A stretch of 55,314 nucleotides of DNA from Catajapyx aquilonaris (Eukaryota), in contig JYFJ02002530.1 of NCBI GenBank assembly GCA_000934665.2, positions 1 to 55,314 on the forward strand, written 5' to 3'. Below the pieces are notes generated by a model. That model was not told where the DNA came from and ran no database searches. It was given only the letters and a program-made list of their open reading frames with translations. The translations under genes and the position numbers were made by a program. Of this stretch, positions 51,341 through 55,314 are shown piece after piece. Positions within the stretch are counted from its first letter, which is position 1. The number at the start of each line of letters is the position of its first letter.

Positions 51341-53049
51341 TAATAGGCCATAATGCCGGATTGGACGCCTCCATTTTCTCTTCTAGCTGCGGGAATTCCC
51401 CATATATCTGATGGGAAAAAGGGGGTGAAAACGACGTTCTTTCTCTTCTAAACTCGGTTCCGATATTCACACTTCATTCACTCTAAAGGAAACGTTGGTT
51501 TAGCCAGTTCTGTAACTACTCGTTAATATATTTACACCCGGATAAAGTTTGCGAATCTTAGATCACGTGCTTTTGATTCATGGTTGCAATTACGTTTCCA
51601 GTCAGCAAATTTTGCTGCACATCTGTGTGAGGGGGGGGGGGGGGGGGNAATGAGTTCAAAATGGTTATCGCGATGCCACTTGTCCTAGAGTGGTTCAAGC
51701 AAGGGAAAATTTTTAATCCATCCAGACCAAACTTGTGCTCAAAACTTTTCTCCTTTATTTCCTAAGAAGGAGGTAAGGTGTGGACCGTAATTCGAAAATG
51801 GGGGGTGGGGGGGGTGGGGGGGAACAAAAACCGATTTTTTTTCTTTCTTCCTGAAACCTTCAGTTGCCAAGCAGGAAAGCACCTCGAGATTGCGTCTAAC
51901 TTGAGAGAAGAAAAGAAAATTACATGAGACGTCCCAAGGTTTGTATAGGGTTTTCAAAACAAGTTGCCTAGACGGATCAGATGCGACACTTGACGAATAC
52001 CAAATGGGCTAGAAACGGGCGTGGGGGAATTGATGTTGATCCTCAGCCTCCTATCCACCTACACCCCTACCTTCTCCTCTCAACTAGATGAAGTTTCCAA
52101 ACTGGAGAATGCAGCTTCCAACCCCAGAGCATTTGGTTTTAAAAGGAAAGGAACTGGATTTGGGACTGGGTGGATGAATCTCAAACAAGCACAAAAAAAC
52201 ACGTCCTATCTATTATTTGCAGACTGAAATGGTCTGCTGGAAAAAACCAGTTCCAAAACGATAGAACTATTGGAGATGGATATGCATCTAGCACTAGATG
52301 CGGGATGTGTGATTTACTAATGTATTATCTATTTTGAAATTTTAATTGATGACAGGTTTTTAGATAGGCTATGGCATAGTATGCTCTTATGTTTTTATGG
52401 AGAAAATGGAGACACCTGAACACACATGTCAACAACTGGTTTACATTACATACGCAGGTGAACTAAACCAAAGTATCACATTTCAATGGGCCTTTAAAAA
52501 TTGAAACGTCTAAAATTCGATACGTTGTTTTCCAGACTCGTGGCATACCAAAGTGTTTGTATAATTTACTCGAGTGTCATATGAGACACCTCATTGTATA
52601 ATGTAGCTTGCTACAACTTGTAAACACACTTTTTTGCATATTTAAGCACACTTTGTCGCTTCTGGCGTCTACACTGTGAGATCTGACCAGCCTAAGTCAT
52701 GCATTCTGACCCCAAGGGCCAACAACCTGTTTTAGTTGACTAGCCTCCACTCAGGCTGTTTCACGACTGACTACAAAACAGGCAGTCTCCACCCAGGCGC
52801 CGTCTCCTAGCAACACTGCCAACCTGAAGTTAATCCCATCTTGTGAGGGGTCGGGATGTCACATTTACAATAACAGGCCTGTTAATGCACCTGCGGTGCA
52901 CGCGGTAAGGGTATCCATAACAAGCAGTAACTGTACAGGAGCGCCACCTGGCAGCGTGTGGAGCACCCTCTAGAGGAAGGTGGGGAAGGCAAGATGGAAG
53001 GTGCGTAGGGAGGGGGGTTAAGCAGGAATGTGAGGAATGTAGTCAAGAG

Positions 53050-53650
53050 AGGTGGCGCACCTAGTGGGGAGAGAGATAACTTCCAACGGACATGCAAACA
53101 AACATCGTTGACAGTATTAGGTGAATGAAAATGATGTTCTGCGTAGGAAAATGAGCGTATCGGCAACTTGTTAACGATCTTAATACCTCCTAATAATGCA
53201 TGTAAACGCATCACAGAGAACAAACTGTCCAAAAATGACACTCAATTTTGCTGACCCATTAATTCCTTCAGTTGCAAATGAGCCGTGAATGCACGTTGAA
53301 ACGAATCTATTGCCGCCAGAAAAATTCCATTACAGGCCCGTGACGCTACAGCGAGTATGTATATGAACTCACAACCCCACACCGCATGCAAAATTAATGG
53401 CTCATCTCCATTAGTCGCCACAATTTCACACCTTGTTGTCCCACCGCAAAACAGGTATTTTGGCCGAAATTGACCCACTTGCAAAGCCCTGATTGGACCA
53501 ACAGATATTTGGTAAAACTTGACACGCTGACAAATAATCCTCTTCTAATAACTCCAGGAGATTGCTCTCCGGTATACCAAAAATGCTCGCGTTTGCGCCT
53601 TTAGAATTCCTCACCTTCTTTGCCCCTTACCCACCCTTTTCCATCCACCT
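53050..53650 (-). pseudogene. cGLR-like remnant
   Basis: EKGG..KVRNSKG, RCEIVATNGDEPLI (compare YWSLSFQEQERVLI), AIDSFQRAFTAHLQL (nucleotide-similar to 11.34 kb), SFLDSLFSV. Confidence 0.6.
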
Positions 53651-54122
53651 AAGATTGAAACATATCCTTCCCTCGAGAGCAAGGGCAGCGGTAGAAAGCA
53701 AGGATGAATTAGAGCGGTAGTAATCTGGCTTTTGGGAATTTGGTGGCCTCGGATTTCCGCCTTGCCAACTGGGGACTCGCAGGAAGTTCTTAACTGAGGG
53801 GATATAACGCCTACTCGTGTTGCCCAGAGGAAAATATCCTAGTCACGGCTTCGAGCTTTTTTTTTTGCAGAAAAAACACCTTTTTCTTTGTTATCAGCAG
53901 GTGAGATAGATTGCATATCAGTGCCTTATTCTGATGGTTCATTCCCCACTGGAATATCTGGAGATTGGCTTTTCTATCTGGGTGATTCCCAGCAAATAGT
54001 GTGGGGTCCATCTCATTTCATGGGTGTCGATTGGGGATGCGGATGGTTGAATTGACAACTGAATGTCTGTACTATCACCTATGTTATATGAGATAGATCA
54101 ATCAATGTGAAGTCTTCCTACA

Positions 54123-54565
54123 TCATCCAGGGTCGTGGTTTATACCATCTTCTCCATACTGCTGATTAGTCCCTTTCTGTCCCCTCATGTTTCCTCTTTC
54201 CCATCCTCCACATCCGCGTCCTTTTCCAATCCTATCTACTCCGAACTTGACCCCTGGAGTGAGGGACTCCATAAGTATGAGGTGGACTTGGGGGCTCACT
54301 TTTCCCATCTAGGGTAAAGGATACCGCGACCTTGCAAACCTCACTAGCCCACCTCGCAGAAACATCGTTTTCGAAACAAATGAGAACTCATTGCGAGCTC
54401 GCATTTTACGATGTACAGTCGCCGACATATTGATTGAATCAGTTCCCTTGCGAGCCGATTTCTAACGTTATCCTGGATATTCAGAGCAATCCCGCACAAC
54501 ATCTTGCGAAATCCAGTGAGGCGAAAGAGTAAGGTATTTAACAGTGTGAACGGTGGCAGANCCAC
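54123..54565 (-). pseudogene. cGLR-like remnant (N-terminal half)
   Basis: FRKMLCG..DNVR..EL; GKV..LILMESL (compare GKTLRWMESL); PGVKFGV..GCGG..GEDGI (compare PEVNLGV..NVGG..TERGI). Confidence 0.6.
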
Positions 54566-55314
54566 GAGGTCGGGAGAATGTTGGTAAGGGCTGTCTGTTT
54601 CTTCTTCCTTTTTATTCCCAATGTGTCATATTATCATATTGTAAATAGAGCAGTCAATTCTCGCATTCCTTCTACATTACGCCCCTATACCCCGCCCAAA
54701 TGGTGTAGGCTAATACAATTTGCTTATTCAGTAGCCTCTACTTATGCTGTCACACGACTGTTTACAAAACAGTTCTGACTCCACGCCATCTATCATCAAG
54801 ATTATTAACTTGCCTCAGAGTGCCTCATGTCAACCAGTAAAATATTTGCAAATAATTTTGCATATTACCATCGTATTAAAGCAAACTGTGGACTGCATTC
54901 ATTTTTGTGACCCTAAAAACCCCGGTTGCAAGTGGAGATACAAGTCATCAATGTCATAAATAAAGAGTACAAAGTAGGGTATGCAGCGCTCAACCATGTG
55001 TAGTTGACATCAATGCGCCGGATTCACGCTTATGCATCACATTTAGTTAAGCCTGAAAAATTACGCCTCTTTTTTTTCACCCCCCAGAGTTACTCTATTT
55101 GGCCCGGAGTTTGACACGCACAATTTCGGTTCCAGCACCCCGAAAAAAATATAGTCTCCAAAAAATTTAAAGCACCCCCCAAAATCGACCGTGGACCATG
55201 CAATTCGGTTTAATTCACTTACACGGGACACTCTTCCCTATAATTGGGAAGACCCGGGGTAGCTTGAAGGCAAACACTTAACCTATTGCTTAGCTTGTTT
55301 GTCCTTTGGTTGAA

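Noticed and set aside
53500..53600. Match of LLEEDYLSACQVL to cGAS FLEGEILSASKML
   Set aside because: Attractive, but its spacing to downstream motifs in that copy is inconsistent with this register; not used as evidence

Overview
Eukaryotic DNA, probably from an arthropod (interstitial TTAGG arrays, tRNA-SINEs with an invertebrate-type central domain, MITEs). I found no intact long ORF. Many short minus-strand ORFs in the track are not random. They are fragments of one protein family recurring every ~1-2 kb across almost the whole window, all on the minus strand. Aligned by eye, they share motifs with each other. In largely colinear order they also match the cGAS-like receptor (cGLR; Mab-21/MB21D nucleotidyltransferase) fold as I remember it from Tribolium cGLR and human cGAS: RVFYGGS..DGL, PGFV.LK, DFLDTG, MESL, GGP, VDLV, FFIVPK, WSLSF..E..LI.NK..LKP.VKLIK, SYYIKT.F.H, D.SFWN, IPYYW..NNL. 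I interpret the window as part of a head-to-tail array of roughly 30-35 very divergent, apparently intronless and disabled cGLR-like genes, interrupted by SINEs, MITEs, palindromes, LTR/PBS relics and satellites. The family assignment is manual and needs HMM or tBLASTn confirmation. Pseudogene boundaries are approximate and cover only the recognisable part of each copy.
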